Shown: positions 1 to 10,443, numbered from the whole stretch's first letter. The stretch is DNA of 63,172 nucleotides, filler included, from an uncultured bacterium (GCA_964637655.1; 10 parts of 10 records of this genome joined end to end with filler, not necessarily neighbours in it); one strand, 5' to 3'. Translations and numbers: made by a program. Notes: generated from the letters alone by a model not told the origin.

Positions 1-142
1 CCGCCCAAGGCGGTCGTGTGGAACCTCTTTTGACAGAAACACATCCGGTAAGCAGGATCAGTCCGCCCTCCGCTTCATTCCTCAACGCAGAATGACTCAC
101 AACTCCTCTTCGGTGCATCCTAACACCATCACCGCCCCGGCG

Positions 143-979
143 TCAAAGCACTCGGTCAGTTCCGCACCCGCCGTCGTATACAGCCGTCGCCTTGAAGAAG
201 GTATAGCAGAAGACGCCGTCCGGACCGGCGGTGCGCTGCAGGTCGCGCAGCCCCGCATCGAAGGTTGCGGCATCGGTCAGACCGGCGGCCAGCGCGGGAG
301 CGCGCACGCCCGCGATCATGGCGGTGAAGGTTTTGCGCGTGAATCCCTCAACCAGCTGCGGCCGGCCGGGATCGGCATAGACCTGACGCGGCGAGACGCG
401 CACCTGCCGGTAGCCCGCCTGCCGCAGCAGCGGAAAGAGTTCGCGTCCGATCAGCGCATTGCCGCCGGCACGGCGCTGCAGTTCAACCTGACAGTTGATC
501 GCCGTGCGCGCCGCCGCACTGTCGGGATGGAAATACGCCGAACCGTGATCCCCCTCGATAACGGTGATCGTCCCGCCGGGCTTGAGCATCCGCGCCAGCG
601 CCTGCAGGACGGCAACCGGGCGGGCGAGATGTTCCAGCACGAAACAGAGAAAGAGATGGTCGAACGATGCGGGCGGAAACGGCAGCGCGAAGATATCCGC
701 GCAGAGCAGATGCACATTCATCAGCCCGGCCGCAGCAACCGCCTGCCGCGCCGCCGCGACAGAGACGGCAGAAATGTCGACCGCGGTGATCAGCGCCCCG
801 GGACTGTGGCGGGCGAGGGTAACCGTCTGCGCCCCGACCCCGCAGCCCGCCTCCAGCACCCGCGGTCCGGGCGCATAGCGCGTATCGCCGTGCAGCAGTT
901 CCAGCAGGGTCGCCGCCTGGTCCTGCAGGCGCGCGTTTTCGTGCCGGTCATAGCCGTGCACATACGTCGTTTCCGTCAT
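143..979 (-). CDS. Class I SAM-dependent methyltransferase
   Basis: Motif I VLEAGCGVG, acidic AVDIS, FPPASFDHL, LKPGG; ATG at 979 chosen (MTETTYVHGY). Confidence 0.9.
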   Translation of the reverse strand: MTETTYVHGYDRHENARLQDQAATLLELLHGDTRYAPGPRVLEAGCGVGAQTVTLARHSPGALITAVDISAVSVAAARQAVAAAGLMNVHLLCADIFALPFPPASFDHLFLCFVLEHLARPVAVLQALARMLKPGGTITVIEGDHGSAYFHPDSAAARTAINCQVELQRRAGGNALIGRELFPLLRQAGYRQVRVSPRQVYADPGRPQLVEGFTRKTFTAMIAGVRAPALAAGLTDAATFDAGLRDLQRTAGPDGVFCYTFFKATAVYDGGCGTDRVL

Positions 980-1298
980 ACGGTTGTCTCCCGGCACCGC
1001 AGGCGCAGCAGGCGATTGCCGCCGCGCTGAAATTCGTACTCCACCGGTTCCAGCGCGGCGGTATATCCGGCCTGTTCGAGCAGCGGCAGCACTGTCGGCA
1101 GATGCCGCGACGGTCGTGCCCCCAGTTCGAGCAGCGGAAAGACGCGCACTTCGCGCGCCACCCGCAGGAGTTCCGTCAGCGCCGCGACGTGAAACCCGGC
1201 CGTCACCCGTGCCGGTCGGCGTCGCTCAATGCAAACATGGCGCAGTATTCGTCGTACGCACGCCCCCACGGCACGATGTCGGCCAGGGAAAAACTCAT
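976..1298 (-). pseudogene. Internally deleted, frameshifted SAM-dependent methyltransferase
   Basis: ATG 1298 gives MSFSLADIVPWGRAYDEYCAMFALSDADRHG* (stop 1203-1205); another frame continues FHVAALTELLRVAREVRVFPLL...YEFQRGGN. These match the two ends of one family; the SAM-binding middle is missing. Confidence 0.75.
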
Positions 1299-1317
1299 CG
1301 CCCCGCGCCCCACTATG

Positions 1318-3261
1318 CTACCGGGCGCGGGCGGACCAGCGGCGCGCAACGATCACCCCGACCCACAGGCAGTAGCAGGTCAGCACCATGATGACGAGGT
1401 CGGCAATGAGCAGCGGCATGCTCTCGGCCGGGTGGTGCAGGTACTCACGGAGCAGCATCAACAAACTGGCGAACGTGGTGACGAGCATGAGCAGGCCGGG
1501 CACGAGCGCAAAGCGCAGCGGCTTGCGCTGGCGGCGCAGCCAGAGTGCGGCCAGCAGCAGGATCAGCGCGGCCAGCAGCTGGTTGGCGGTGGCGAAGATG
1601 CCCCACAGCGCCTTGACCCCGCCGGTCAGCGCAAAGACCAGCATCAGCGCCACGGCCAGCCCGGAATTGAACCAGTAGTGGCGCACCAGGCCGGCAAACG
1701 CGCGGATGGCCGCGCTCATCGCGCCGCGCGGTGCAGACACTTCGTCCGGGGCTGACTCGGCATCAAGCGAGAGCGTCAGACCGCCGGTGGCGGCCGGCAT
1801 GGACACGGCCGCGCCGCGGGCCGGGAGCAGCGCCGGCGCATCCACATAACCGGCAAACATCGTGCGCCACGCCTCCTCGAGCAGGTAGCGGGTCAGGCGC
1901 ACGACGGTGTCGAGCGTGGTGATGATAAAACCCTCGAGCATGATCATCCCCGCCAGCGCCCCGGCGGCAATCGGCAGGCCGAACGCGTTCTTCGCCGCCA
2001 CGCCCACGGCCATGGCAAACCCGAGCACGGGATTCGACGCGCGTTCGAGATGCAGCAGCGCCTTGGGATGCACATAGGCGAAATAGTTTTCCCGGCTGCT
2101 CCCGGCGAGCAGGATGCAGATGACCACCACGGCGAGAAAGACCTCGAGCAGCATCCCCCCGTAGCAGACCGTACGCCCCGCGCTCTCCTTGTTCAACTGT
2201 TTGACCGTCGTCCCCGCCGCGAACATCCCGTGGAACCCGCTCACCGCGCCGCAGGCGATGGTTATCATCAGTGTCGGCCAGAGCCAGCCGAGCGCGGTTG
2301 TTCCCCCGTCGATATTGACCGCCTGCAGTCCGTCCGCCACGCTGCTGCCGCCGTGCCAGCCGCCGGCCAGCAGGATGAGCAGCATCAGCCCCAGCCCGAG
2401 ATAGAGAATGTGCACGTTGATAAAATCGCGGCTCTGCAGAAAGACCCAGACCGGCACCCCGGCGGCAACGAGCACATAGATGCTCAGCAGGTAGCGCCAC
2501 AGGTCGCCGCCGCTGCAGGCGAAACCACCGACCTGCACATGGTCGGCAAACGCCACCGGATGATAGATGCCGATGACAATGCTCGCGGCACAGATGCCCA
2601 GCGCCAGCAGCGAACAGATCCAGACCGGCACCCCCTTTTTGATGTACATCCAGCCAAGCAGCGGCGCCATGATGGTAATGACGATAACGCTGGTCGAGGC
2701 GATGCCGCCAATGACCACCTGCGGCCCCTGCGGCGTGGCCACGACACGAAAGAGCGTCTGGTCAGCCGACAGGTCGAGATGCTCTACCGGGAGGCGGCTG
2801 GTCAGCGCCTGCGCGGAGAGGTTGAGAAACGTCGCGCAGACGAGCACCGACATCATCACCAGCAGGAAGGTGAGTACGAGAAAGACGCGGCGTCCCATGA
2901 AGCGGCGGGCGATGGTGGCGATCGACACACCCCGCTCGCGCAATGACATGTGGATGGCAAGGTAATCGTGCACGCTGCCGATGAGGAGGCCCGCCCCGAG
3001 CACCCCGAGGCGCGCCGGTACCCAGCCATAGACGATGGCGATAACCGGCCCGACAATCGGTCCGGCCCCGGCAATGGAGGAAAAATGGTGGGCGAAAACG
3101 ACGGGGGTCGGGGTCGGCACGAAATCGCTGCCGTCGCTGCGCATCACTGCCGGCGTGGCGCGTGTATCGTTCTCACCCAGCAAACGGGCAAGGTGACGCC
3201 CGTGCAGGCGGTAGGCGAGCACGAGCAGCAGCAGGGTCCCGAGCATGATCAGCAACGGCAT
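1318..3261 (-). CDS. cstA: Carbon starvation protein A (CstA) family transporter
   Basis: HHFSSIAGAGPIVGP, ITIACGAVSGFH, YGGMLLE, LWGIFATANQLLA motifs; many TM segments; GGAGG RBS before ATG 3261. Confidence 0.92.
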   Translation of the reverse strand: MPLLIMLGTLLLLVLAYRLHGRHLARLLGENDTRATPAVMRSDGSDFVPTPTPVVFAHHFSSIAGAGPIVGPVIAIVYGWVPARLGVLGAGLLIGSVHDYLAIHMSLRERGVSIATIARRFMGRRVFLVLTFLLVMMSVLVCATFLNLSAQALTSRLPVEHLDLSADQTLFRVVATPQGPQVVIGGIASTSVIVITIMAPLLGWMYIKKGVPVWICSLLALGICAASIVIGIYHPVAFADHVQVGGFACSGGDLWRYLLSIYVLVAAGVPVWVFLQSRDFINVHILYLGLGLMLLILLAGGWHGGSSVADGLQAVNIDGGTTALGWLWPTLMITIACGAVSGFHGMFAAGTTVKQLNKESAGRTVCYGGMLLEVFLAVVVICILLAGSSRENYFAYVHPKALLHLERASNPVLGFAMAVGVAAKNAFGLPIAAGALAGMIMLEGFIITTLDTVVRLTRYLLEEAWRTMFAGYVDAPALLPARGAAVSMPAATGGLTLSLDAESAPDEVSAPRGAMSAAIRAFAGLVRHYWFNSGLAVALMLVFALTGGVKALWGIFATANQLLAALILLLAALWLRRQRKPLRFALVPGLLMLVTTFASLLMLLREYLHHPAESMPLLIADLVIMVLTCYCLWVGVIVARRWSARAR

Positions 3262-3430
3262 GAGCCACCTCCCGTACGTCGTGGAGCCGGCAGACGGCAA
3301 GGCGTTCCGGACGCGGCGCAAACTGCAGGAATGCGGCAGCGTAGCACCACCGCGCCACGGCGTCAAGTGCCGTTGCTGGCGGCCGGCGGCTGTTGCTTTT
3401 CAACTGCGTGCGCCGGTGCCGGCAATTGTC

Positions 3431-4741
3431 CTACGCCGGCAAGGCCCGCACCACTTTGCGTGCCCAGCAGCCGGCAAGCAGGGGATCAATCAGGTTGGCG
3501 GCCAGGTATACCATCATCACCATGGCGAAAGTGGGCACGATGATTCCTGCCTGCACCAGCAGAAAGAACGGCAGGATGATGCCGAAGTTGGTAATAATCC
3601 CGAGGTAGAAGACATACCGTGTCTGGCCGGTCCCGTAAAAGATGCTGCGGAGCACATTCCCGACACCAAACCCGACAAAACCGAAGATCAGCACGGAAAA
3701 GGACGCGACTGACCAGTCGACAATTGCCGGGTTCGGGTTCAGGAATAACGAAACGGGGCGCCACCAGAAGGTTCCGGTGGCAACTACGGTGAACGAATAT
3801 CCCATCACCAGCAGCAGCGAGATTTTCATGCTGCCTGTCAGTTCGCCGTACCGTTTCGCGCCGGCGTAATTCCCGACGAGAATGCTGGTTCCCTGCGTGA
3901 TGGCAAAGAACGGCATGAGCAGTATCCAGAAGATCCACGTGGCGATACCGAAACCGCCGTATTCATCCGCCCCGATGCCGTTCAGCATCATCAGGATCCA
4001 TGCCACCCCGATCATCCGGATCGCCGTTTCCAGGCCGCTCCACCCCCCGATCCGCCAGAGCGGGACAACCTCCCGGCGCCAGGCCGCCGCGCGCAGGGTC
4101 GGACCATCGATTTGCAGGAGCGAAAACAGATAGACGGCGGCAATCACCATGAGCACGATTTGGGTGACGAAATACGCGAGCACCACGCCCGGGAGACCCA
4201 GGTGCAGGGAGAGCGGCGTGGTGGAGATCAGGAACAGGTCGAGGAGAATATTCAGCCCGATCGACAGCGCCACCAGCAGGAACGCCTCCCGCCCTTTGTG
4301 CAGGGACTTGATCGCGATGAGGAGCATATAGGCCGCCATATCGCAGGGGATGGTCAGCGCGCGCAGCACGAGGTATGTCCGGGTCGGGTGCACGAGCGCG
4401 TCGGGTGTCCCGATAATGCCGGGCAGCCTCTCAGCGAAACAGACAATGAGTGCCGTCAGCATGAGCGCGAGCGCGACCTGCATGATCAATCCGGCTTTGA
4501 TGATGGCAATGACTTTTTCGCGGTGCTGATGGTGCCGGGCAATAAGCGCCAGGGCCCCGAGCGGAATCGTGGCCATGAGCACCTCGATGGCCAGTTCGAT
4601 GAATTCATTCTGCTCGGTGATGGCAAACGCCTCCGCGCTGATGCGCCCGATCCAGAACAAATTGAACAGCGTGTAGAGCTGGGGGACGAGATTGGCGAGG
4701 ACGAGGAACCCCATGAACCGCCAGGGGTAATCGCGGGTCAT
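3431..4741 (-). CDS. MATE family efflux transporter / flippase
   Basis: About 12 TM segments, NILLDLFLI and LGLPGV, SILVGNYAGAK, two-fold internal repeat. Confidence 0.8.
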   Translation of the reverse strand: MTRDYPWRFMGFLVLANLVPQLYTLFNLFWIGRISAEAFAITEQNEFIELAIEVLMATIPLGALALIARHHQHREKVIAIIKAGLIMQVALALMLTALIVCFAERLPGIIGTPDALVHPTRTYLVLRALTIPCDMAAYMLLIAIKSLHKGREAFLLVALSIGLNILLDLFLISTTPLSLHLGLPGVVLAYFVTQIVLMVIAAVYLFSLLQIDGPTLRAAAWRREVVPLWRIGGWSGLETAIRMIGVAWILMMLNGIGADEYGGFGIATWIFWILLMPFFAITQGTSILVGNYAGAKRYGELTGSMKISLLLVMGYSFTVVATGTFWWRPVSLFLNPNPAIVDWSVASFSVLIFGFVGFGVGNVLRSIFYGTGQTRYVFYLGIITNFGIILPFFLLVQAGIIVPTFAMVMMVYLAANLIDPLLAGCWARKVVRALPA

Positions 4742-4871
4742 GCGTGCCGGCTGATGGCAACTGCGGGCGTACTCCGTCCCGTTTTCACCGTCAGGTGCGG
4801 CTTGCCGCCGGAGCGTTCCCCCGCGACCGTATCCTCCACCCTGACGCCATGCATGACGCGCGCTGCCGCGC

Positions 4872-6053
4872 CTACAGGATGACCGGGGACCGGAAAAACA
4901 TCGACGTATCCACGTCCGAATCGTAGCGTTCGAACTTCTGTTCCTTCTCCCGCCAGAACGCCGCGAAATCGCGCTCCGGGTAGTACCCGAGGCAGGTGGT
5001 AAACCGCCGCATGAATGCCGCACAGTGCTCGGGATGCCCGTCGCGCCGGGCGATGAACGCGCGCGTCAGATAGGCCAGTGTCGAGAACGTGCTGGCGACG
5101 ATGGCAATGCCCGAACGGTGGTAGTACTCCTTGAGCAGATGCTGCAGCAGGTGCTGCGTGGTCAGGTAATTGATGCGCTGCCCCGCCTGTTTCTCCTCGC
5201 GCTGAAAGCCCACGGGCAGGGAGAAGAGTTCGGTCTGCCCGCGGTAGGCGACCTCGAGCAGCATCGGCTCGTACGGCTCACGGAAGGCGGCGGGATTCTC
5301 GTCGAGTTTCCGGTAGCGCGGGATTTTGCACCGGCACCGCATCATCTCGCCGGCAAAATCGTCGATGATTTCCAGGTGCAGTTTCTCACCCGCCTCGTCG
5401 TAGCGCGACCCGGCGAGCATGAGCAGCGAGGTGCGGCGGTTTTCCCAGAACATCTCCAGGCCGCAGAGCGCGTAGCCGAGCGCCTCGGCGATATGGTGGC
5501 AGAGGTAGTTGGTGTTCATCACCTCGTAAAAGAGGCGGAGTTTGCCGCTGTCCTGCGCCGCCTCGTGCAGCAGCACGCCGCGCACCTGCTCGAGAAACTG
5601 GTCGCGCTGGCACAGGTCACCCTTGCTGCCGCAGAAGCGGCGGCTGAGGTAGAGATCGGTGATCTGCAGGGGCGTCTCGCGCAGCGTGTAGGGCGCATGG
5701 CGCCGGCGCGGTTTCACCTGCACGGTCAGCAGGATGGGCGTCTGGTAGCGCACCCGCTCTGCCGCGAAGACCCCGGGCCCGAAGCTGTTGATCTGGCACG
5801 AGAGGAGCTGGAAGACATCGTGGTCGAGCCGGTTGACCATGACGAACCCGACCCGCCCGTAAATCGTTTCGGTCGCCTCCGGCGCGGGGATGGCGAGAAA
5901 CGCATCCGTAAACGTCTCGAATTCCTCTTCGCTGATCGCCCGCCCGTACCTCCCGTCGAGCAGTGTCCCGGCAGCCGCGCGGAACGCCGCGAACTGCCCG
6001 GACATAATCACCTGCCCCGAAGCCAGCACCTGCTCTGTATCCGTACGTTTCAC
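4872..6053 (-). CDS. Hypothetical cytoplasmic protein (~393 aa)
   Basis: Long ORF with high-GC3 codon usage; GGAG RBS before GTG 6053; TTGACG-17-TAGGAT promoter upstream; no family recognised. Confidence 0.7.
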   Translation of the reverse strand: MKRTDTEQVLASGQVIMSGQFAAFRAAAGTLLDGRYGRAISEEEFETFTDAFLAIPAPEATETIYGRVGFVMVNRLDHDVFQLLSCQINSFGPGVFAAERVRYQTPILLTVQVKPRRRHAPYTLRETPLQITDLYLSRRFCGSKGDLCQRDQFLEQVRGVLLHEAAQDSGKLRLFYEVMNTNYLCHHIAEALGYALCGLEMFWENRRTSLLMLAGSRYDEAGEKLHLEIIDDFAGEMMRCRCKIPRYRKLDENPAAFREPYEPMLLEVAYRGQTELFSLPVGFQREEKQAGQRINYLTTQHLLQHLLKEYYHRSGIAIVASTFSTLAYLTRAFIARRDGHPEHCAAFMRRFTTCLGYYPERDFAAFWREKEQKFERYDSDVDTSMFFRSPVIL

Positions 6054-6112
6054 TGTGCATTCTCCATGTCCGCAGCCGCAATGCGGCATCCTAACACTAC
6101 TGCCGCAGCCCG

Positions 6113-6353
6113 TCAAAGCGGGAGCATGGATTCCGCCGCCGGCACTGCCCGGGGAATCGTCACCGCAATGGTTGTCCCCTGCCCCGGTGCGCTGGTCGCG
6201 CTGATGGTCCCGTGATGCGCTTTGACAATCTCGCGGCAGAGGGCCAGCCCGATGCCCGTGCCGCCATACGTGCGGGTGAATGAGGCCTGCAGCTGGTAGA
6301 AGCGCTCGAAAATCTTTTCCAGTTTATCGGCGGGAATGCCGATGCCGGTATCA
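6113..6353 (-). CDS. Sensor histidine kinase, HATPase_c C-terminus (partial)
   Basis: DTGIGIP..KIFERFYQ..GGTGIGLALCREIVKAHHG..GQGTT; cut by contig end. Confidence 0.9.
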
Positions 6354-6453
6354 NNNNNNNNNNNNNNNNNNNNNNNNNNNNNNNNNNNNNNNNNNNNTTA
6401 ATTAATTAANNNNNNNNNNNNNNNNNNNNNNNNNNNNNNNNNNNNNNNNNNNN
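6354..6453. other. Artificial contig linker; same at 12804-12903, 19234-19333, 25621-25720, 31964-32063, 38283-38382, 44581-44680, 50827-50926, 57011-57110
   Basis: Identical 100-bp N/TTAATTAATTAA/N blocks with stops in all six frames; genes are cut at many of them. Confidence 0.99.
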
Positions 6454-7825
6454 AGCGCACCAGAAAACCCGTTGCTTCGTCGCCCGCGAATTTTTGCTTG
6501 CCCGCCGCGGCGGCAAAAATTCCCGTCAACCATTCGTAGGTCGGCTGGTTATACCAAGCCGCCATCAACACCGGCGGCAGGGACTCGAGGCCGGGTTCAC
6601 CAGACGTAAGCATCAGGCAGCGAATCATCTCGCCACCGGCAGGCGTGAGTGGAATCTTGCAGGCAAACTGAACGATCCGTGCCAGATTGGCGGGGTTCTT
6701 CTCCATCAGGTAGAGCAGTTTGACCGAATCGTAATCCTGCCGGGTCAGCAATTCCAGTTTGACCGCCGCCCATACCAGTTCGAACCGTCCGGGATTGGCA
6801 AAGGCAGCGACGCGACAGCGCTCCCGCAACGCTTCCATATTCGCCGCTGCCGGTACGGCAAAATCAGCGTTTCGTTCATCAAGATGAAGGCCGGCCATTT
6901 CCTGGTTGATTTCCTCTTCGATGCCGGGCGGGCTGGCCGGAATGAGTTCGGGATACAGGCGTGCTTGCGGACCCAATCCGCTGCGTATCTTCTCCTGCAT
7001 TATCCCCAGTTGTCCCTCCGGCAGGGCGGCCAGCAATTCCAATATCAGGCAGGGCCGCTCCTGCAACGACTGTTCCCACCGCATCCGCGACAGATTCCGC
7101 GTCCCGTCGGGTTCCGCTACGGTCTGCGACCACTCCGGCCGGGAGCGCATTTCGCGAAAATAAATAAACCGCAAAAGCGGGTTGGACGAATTCCCGGCGT
7201 CTTCCACCCGTTCCTCGCCCCCGGCATCCCAGGCGCCAAAGATTCGATGGGGACGGAAATCAATCGAATCCTCGAGAAAACCACGCCAGGAAAGATTCCC
7301 GGGTTGCGCTTGCAGATATTGCTGCGCCTGGCGCCGGCCCTCATCTTCAAGTTCCCTGATCCGTCTCTCGGCAATCGCAGCCGGAGTCGCTTCGCCGGAT
7401 GCTTCTGGCGGGCTGACCGCGTCGGGAACGGGGAAATTGCCATCGGTCAGCAGGCGCGCGGTGCGGCTGACCACGCTGTCCGGGTCGTCCAGCCAATGGA
7501 CGATCAGCTGCTTTTCTTCCGCCGTCAGGGAGAAATCGCATGCCGGCGACGTCCTGGCCGCAAAAACCCCGGCTTGGCAATATAAAATCATCCAGCGCGG
7601 ATCATCCGCCGCCAGCATCTGCTGTTTCAGCCGGTTCACCGTGTCCTGGTTGAGAGAAATATCCGGCGGATTTTGCTCGTAGGCAAATGTGCGTTGAGGA
7701 TAGAATATCCGGTTCAACCACACCCCCCCCGAACGGGCGAAAAATATCGCCACCAGCAGGAGCAGTGCCGGAAACATCACGATGCCGGCCGGATGTCTGA
7801 TCCCCGCAATCCTGATATTCAGCAC
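6454..7825 (-). CDS. Hypothetical membrane-anchored, probably helical protein (3' partial)
   Basis: Long ORF running into the gap; N-terminal hydrophobic stretch IVMFPALLLLVAIFF. Confidence 0.65.
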
Positions 7826-7950
7826 AACCGGTCGCGCCGCCCGCGGGAGTTTTTTCGTTTCGCCATGGCCTGTCCCATTCCATTCATCAGTTGACGGTAT
7901 TGTATCATCACGGCCGGAATCAGTCGACCGCCGGCATCGGTTGGCACGGT

Positions 7951-10443
7951 CTATTCCGGCCGGAAACTGGTGGCGGTTTGCGTTGGCACGCCCGCGGTGT
8001 CAGTGCCGCCGACGATAAACACCTCATTGCCCAAGGTCACCGCCGACAGTTGCGCCCGCGGCGCGGGCATCCGCGAAATCACAGTCCACTGGTTCTGGTC
8101 CGGCTCATACCTTTCCACCGTGTCCAGCAGTTTTTCCGATTCTCCCCAGCCGCCAAACACGTATATCCTGCCATTGAACACCACCGCTCCCTGGGTGAAT
8201 CCGCCGCGGCGCTGTTGCAGGGGCGCCATCATTTCCCAGCGATCAGCCTGCGGATCGTAGCGTTCGACTGAATCAAGATAGCCCGTCCCGGAATTCTTTC
8301 CGCCAATGACGTAGATTTTTCCGTTCAAGGATACCGCAGCGGCCTCATGCCGCGGAATCAATAGCGGTGCAGCGATCCGCCACGTCCCGCTGCTCAGGGT
8401 ATATGCCTCAACCAGGCCCGGGGTCGGGTTCGCCTGCCCGGCGCAGGTGCCGCCGATTACATAGATATCATCGTTCACCGCGGCCACCGTGAAATTTTCG
8501 CGCTCGCGCGTCAGGCGCGTAAGTTTGCGGCTTCTTTCCGGCCGGTGCGCCACTTCACCTGACAGGCCTGGCACATATTCAATAATGTCATTCTGCCGGT
8601 TTCCCTGGGCATTGCTGCCACCGACAAAATACAGTTTCCCGTCAACCACCACCGGCAGGGCGCCGACCCGACAATCATTCCCCTCCAGAAGCAGATCGGA
8701 ATCAACCTGCCAGCGTCGGGTGCCGGGATCGTACCATTCGATATCCGCCAACAGCGAGCGGGCATCATCACGCGCGCCCCTGTTTCCTCCCCATTGGTAT
8801 GAAAGGCAATAACCGCCGAATACCAGCAGTTTGCCTTCCAGCACTGCCGCCGCCACGCCCGCCCGGGGCCAATGCAATATTTTTCTGCGCGTCCAGCGCG
8901 CATCATTCGCCGGCAATTCCACCTGTCGGTTGGTTGGTTGCGACGCCACCGGGACGCGCGCCACCGGGGCCGGGGCGGGGCGCAGCAGGTAATAGAGGCC
9001 AAACACCGCCAGCAGGACCGGAGCGGCCAGTTTGAGCACCGCCAGCAGACGTTTTCCCATCCGCCGGCCGCCCACCGGCAACACGCCCAGCACGGACGTT
9101 TCCATCTTCGCCCGCCGCTGGCGCGCCAGCAGCAGGTCCGCGTTGTGCCGCATCTCCACGCTCAGCACCTCCCGCGACTTGAACTCCTGCTGCGCCAGTT
9201 TCACCACCTGCTCCGACTCGCCCGCCTCATTATCCAACTGTTCCGCCCGGTCTTTTGCCTCCAGCTTGGCAGCGAGATGCCGGCGCATCTGGCCTTCGTC
9301 ATTCGCTGTGTGCGCCTCTTCCGCCGCTTTTTCCCATTCCCGCATACTCGCCCGCGCTTCGTCCGCCCGCGCACGCACCCGGTTTTGCAGCAGCGTCGCC
9401 TCCTCCAGCCGCCGCCGTGCTTTTCCTGTCTCCTGCTCCGCCGCGGCGATTTCGTCGCGTATCCGCAGCGCGATCAGCTCCGTCCGGCCAAACGCCTCCA
9501 GCCACTGGTAACGATACCAGCTCGTCAGCCGCGTCCACGCCCGCTTCCAGCCCGGCACCCGGTGACGCCCGAGATCATGGTCGATCGGTTCATATACCGC
9601 TGCAAACTCCAGCGGAATATCCTCGCCTCGTTCCCATCTTTCGATATCCGCGAAAACCGCCTGGCAATCCGCGTAGCGGTTCGCCGGCGCACACGCCAGC
9701 AGGCGCGCCAGCATCCCGTCCGCCTGCGGCGGCAAACCCGCGACCAGTTTCGACGCCAGCGGATAGGTCCCGCACTTGTGCGCCTTGAGCAGTGCCAGCG
9801 GGGTCGCCCCCGCGAACGGGAAGCAGCCCGTCAGCATCCGGTACAGCACCACGCCCGCCGCGTACAGGTCGGATTGCCGGGACGCGCTGCCGCCCTGCCC
9901 CAGCTCGGGCGCCAGATATTCCAGCGTGCCCAATATCTCACTCGACCGGGTGAGCGTCACCTCACCCTCCACGATCCGCGCCAGGCCGAAATCCGCCAGT
10001 TTCACCGTATCCGTCGCCGTTTCAATCAGAATATTGCCCGGTTTGAGGTCGCGATGGATGATCCTCTGCTCATGCGCCATGCCCAAACTGGCGAGAATCT
10101 GTTTGAAATAGCACAGCGTTTTATCAATCGGCAAAGGCCGTTGCAGAAGATCGCGCAGCGCGCATCCGGGCACATATTCCATCGCCAGGTAGTAATATCC
10201 GGCCACCGCCCCCACATCGTAAATCGCCACAATATTCGGGTGGCGCAGCCGCGCCACCGCGCGCGCTTCGCGCTCGAAGCGCGCCACCGCGACCGGCTGC
10301 TCCGCCAGTTGCGGCCACAGAACTTTCAGCGCCACCTCACGGTCGAGGCGGGTGTCGCGGGCGCGATACACCTTGCCCATCGCCCCGCTGCCGAGTTCCG
10401 CTAACAACTCGTAATGTCCGATCCGGTTTTTGTTTCCACTCAC
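7951..10443 (-). CDS. Hanks-type Ser/Thr kinase - PspA/IM30-like coiled coil - TM - Kelch propeller
   Basis: GSGAMGKVY, VALK, HRDLKPGN, DFGLAR, APE; coiled coil ~9091-9549; TM LAAPVLLAVFGLYYLL; Kelch repeats IYVIGG...VERYDP...W. Confidence 0.92.
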   Translation of the reverse strand: MSGNKNRIGHYELLAELGSGAMGKVYRARDTRLDREVALKVLWPQLAEQPVAVARFEREARAVARLRHPNIVAIYDVGAVAGYYYLAMEYVPGCALRDLLQRPLPIDKTLCYFKQILASLGMAHEQRIIHRDLKPGNILIETATDTVKLADFGLARIVEGEVTLTRSSEILGTLEYLAPELGQGGSASRQSDLYAAGVVLYRMLTGCFPFAGATPLALLKAHKCGTYPLASKLVAGLPPQADGMLARLLACAPANRYADCQAVFADIERWERGEDIPLEFAAVYEPIDHDLGRHRVPGWKRAWTRLTSWYRYQWLEAFGRTELIALRIRDEIAAAEQETGKARRRLEEATLLQNRVRARADEARASMREWEKAAEEAHTANDEGQMRRHLAAKLEAKDRAEQLDNEAGESEQVVKLAQQEFKSREVLSVEMRHNADLLLARQRRAKMETSVLGVLPVGGRRMGKRLLAVLKLAAPVLLAVFGLYYLLRPAPAPVARVPVASQPTNRQVELPANDARWTRRKILHWPRAGVAAAVLEGKLLVFGGYCLSYQWGGNRGARDDARSLLADIEWYDPGTRRWQVDSDLLLEGNDCRVGALPVVVDGKLYFVGGSNAQGNRQNDIIEYVPGLSGEVAHRPERSRKLTRLTRERENFTVAAVNDDIYVIGGTCAGQANPTPGLVEAYTLSSGTWRIAAPLLIPRHEAAAVSLNGKIYVIGGKNSGTGYLDSVERYDPQADRWEMMAPLQQRRGGFTQGAVVFNGRIYVFGGWGESEKLLDTVERYEPDQNQWTVISRMPAPRAQLSAVTLGNEVFIVGGTDTAGVPTQTATSFRPE

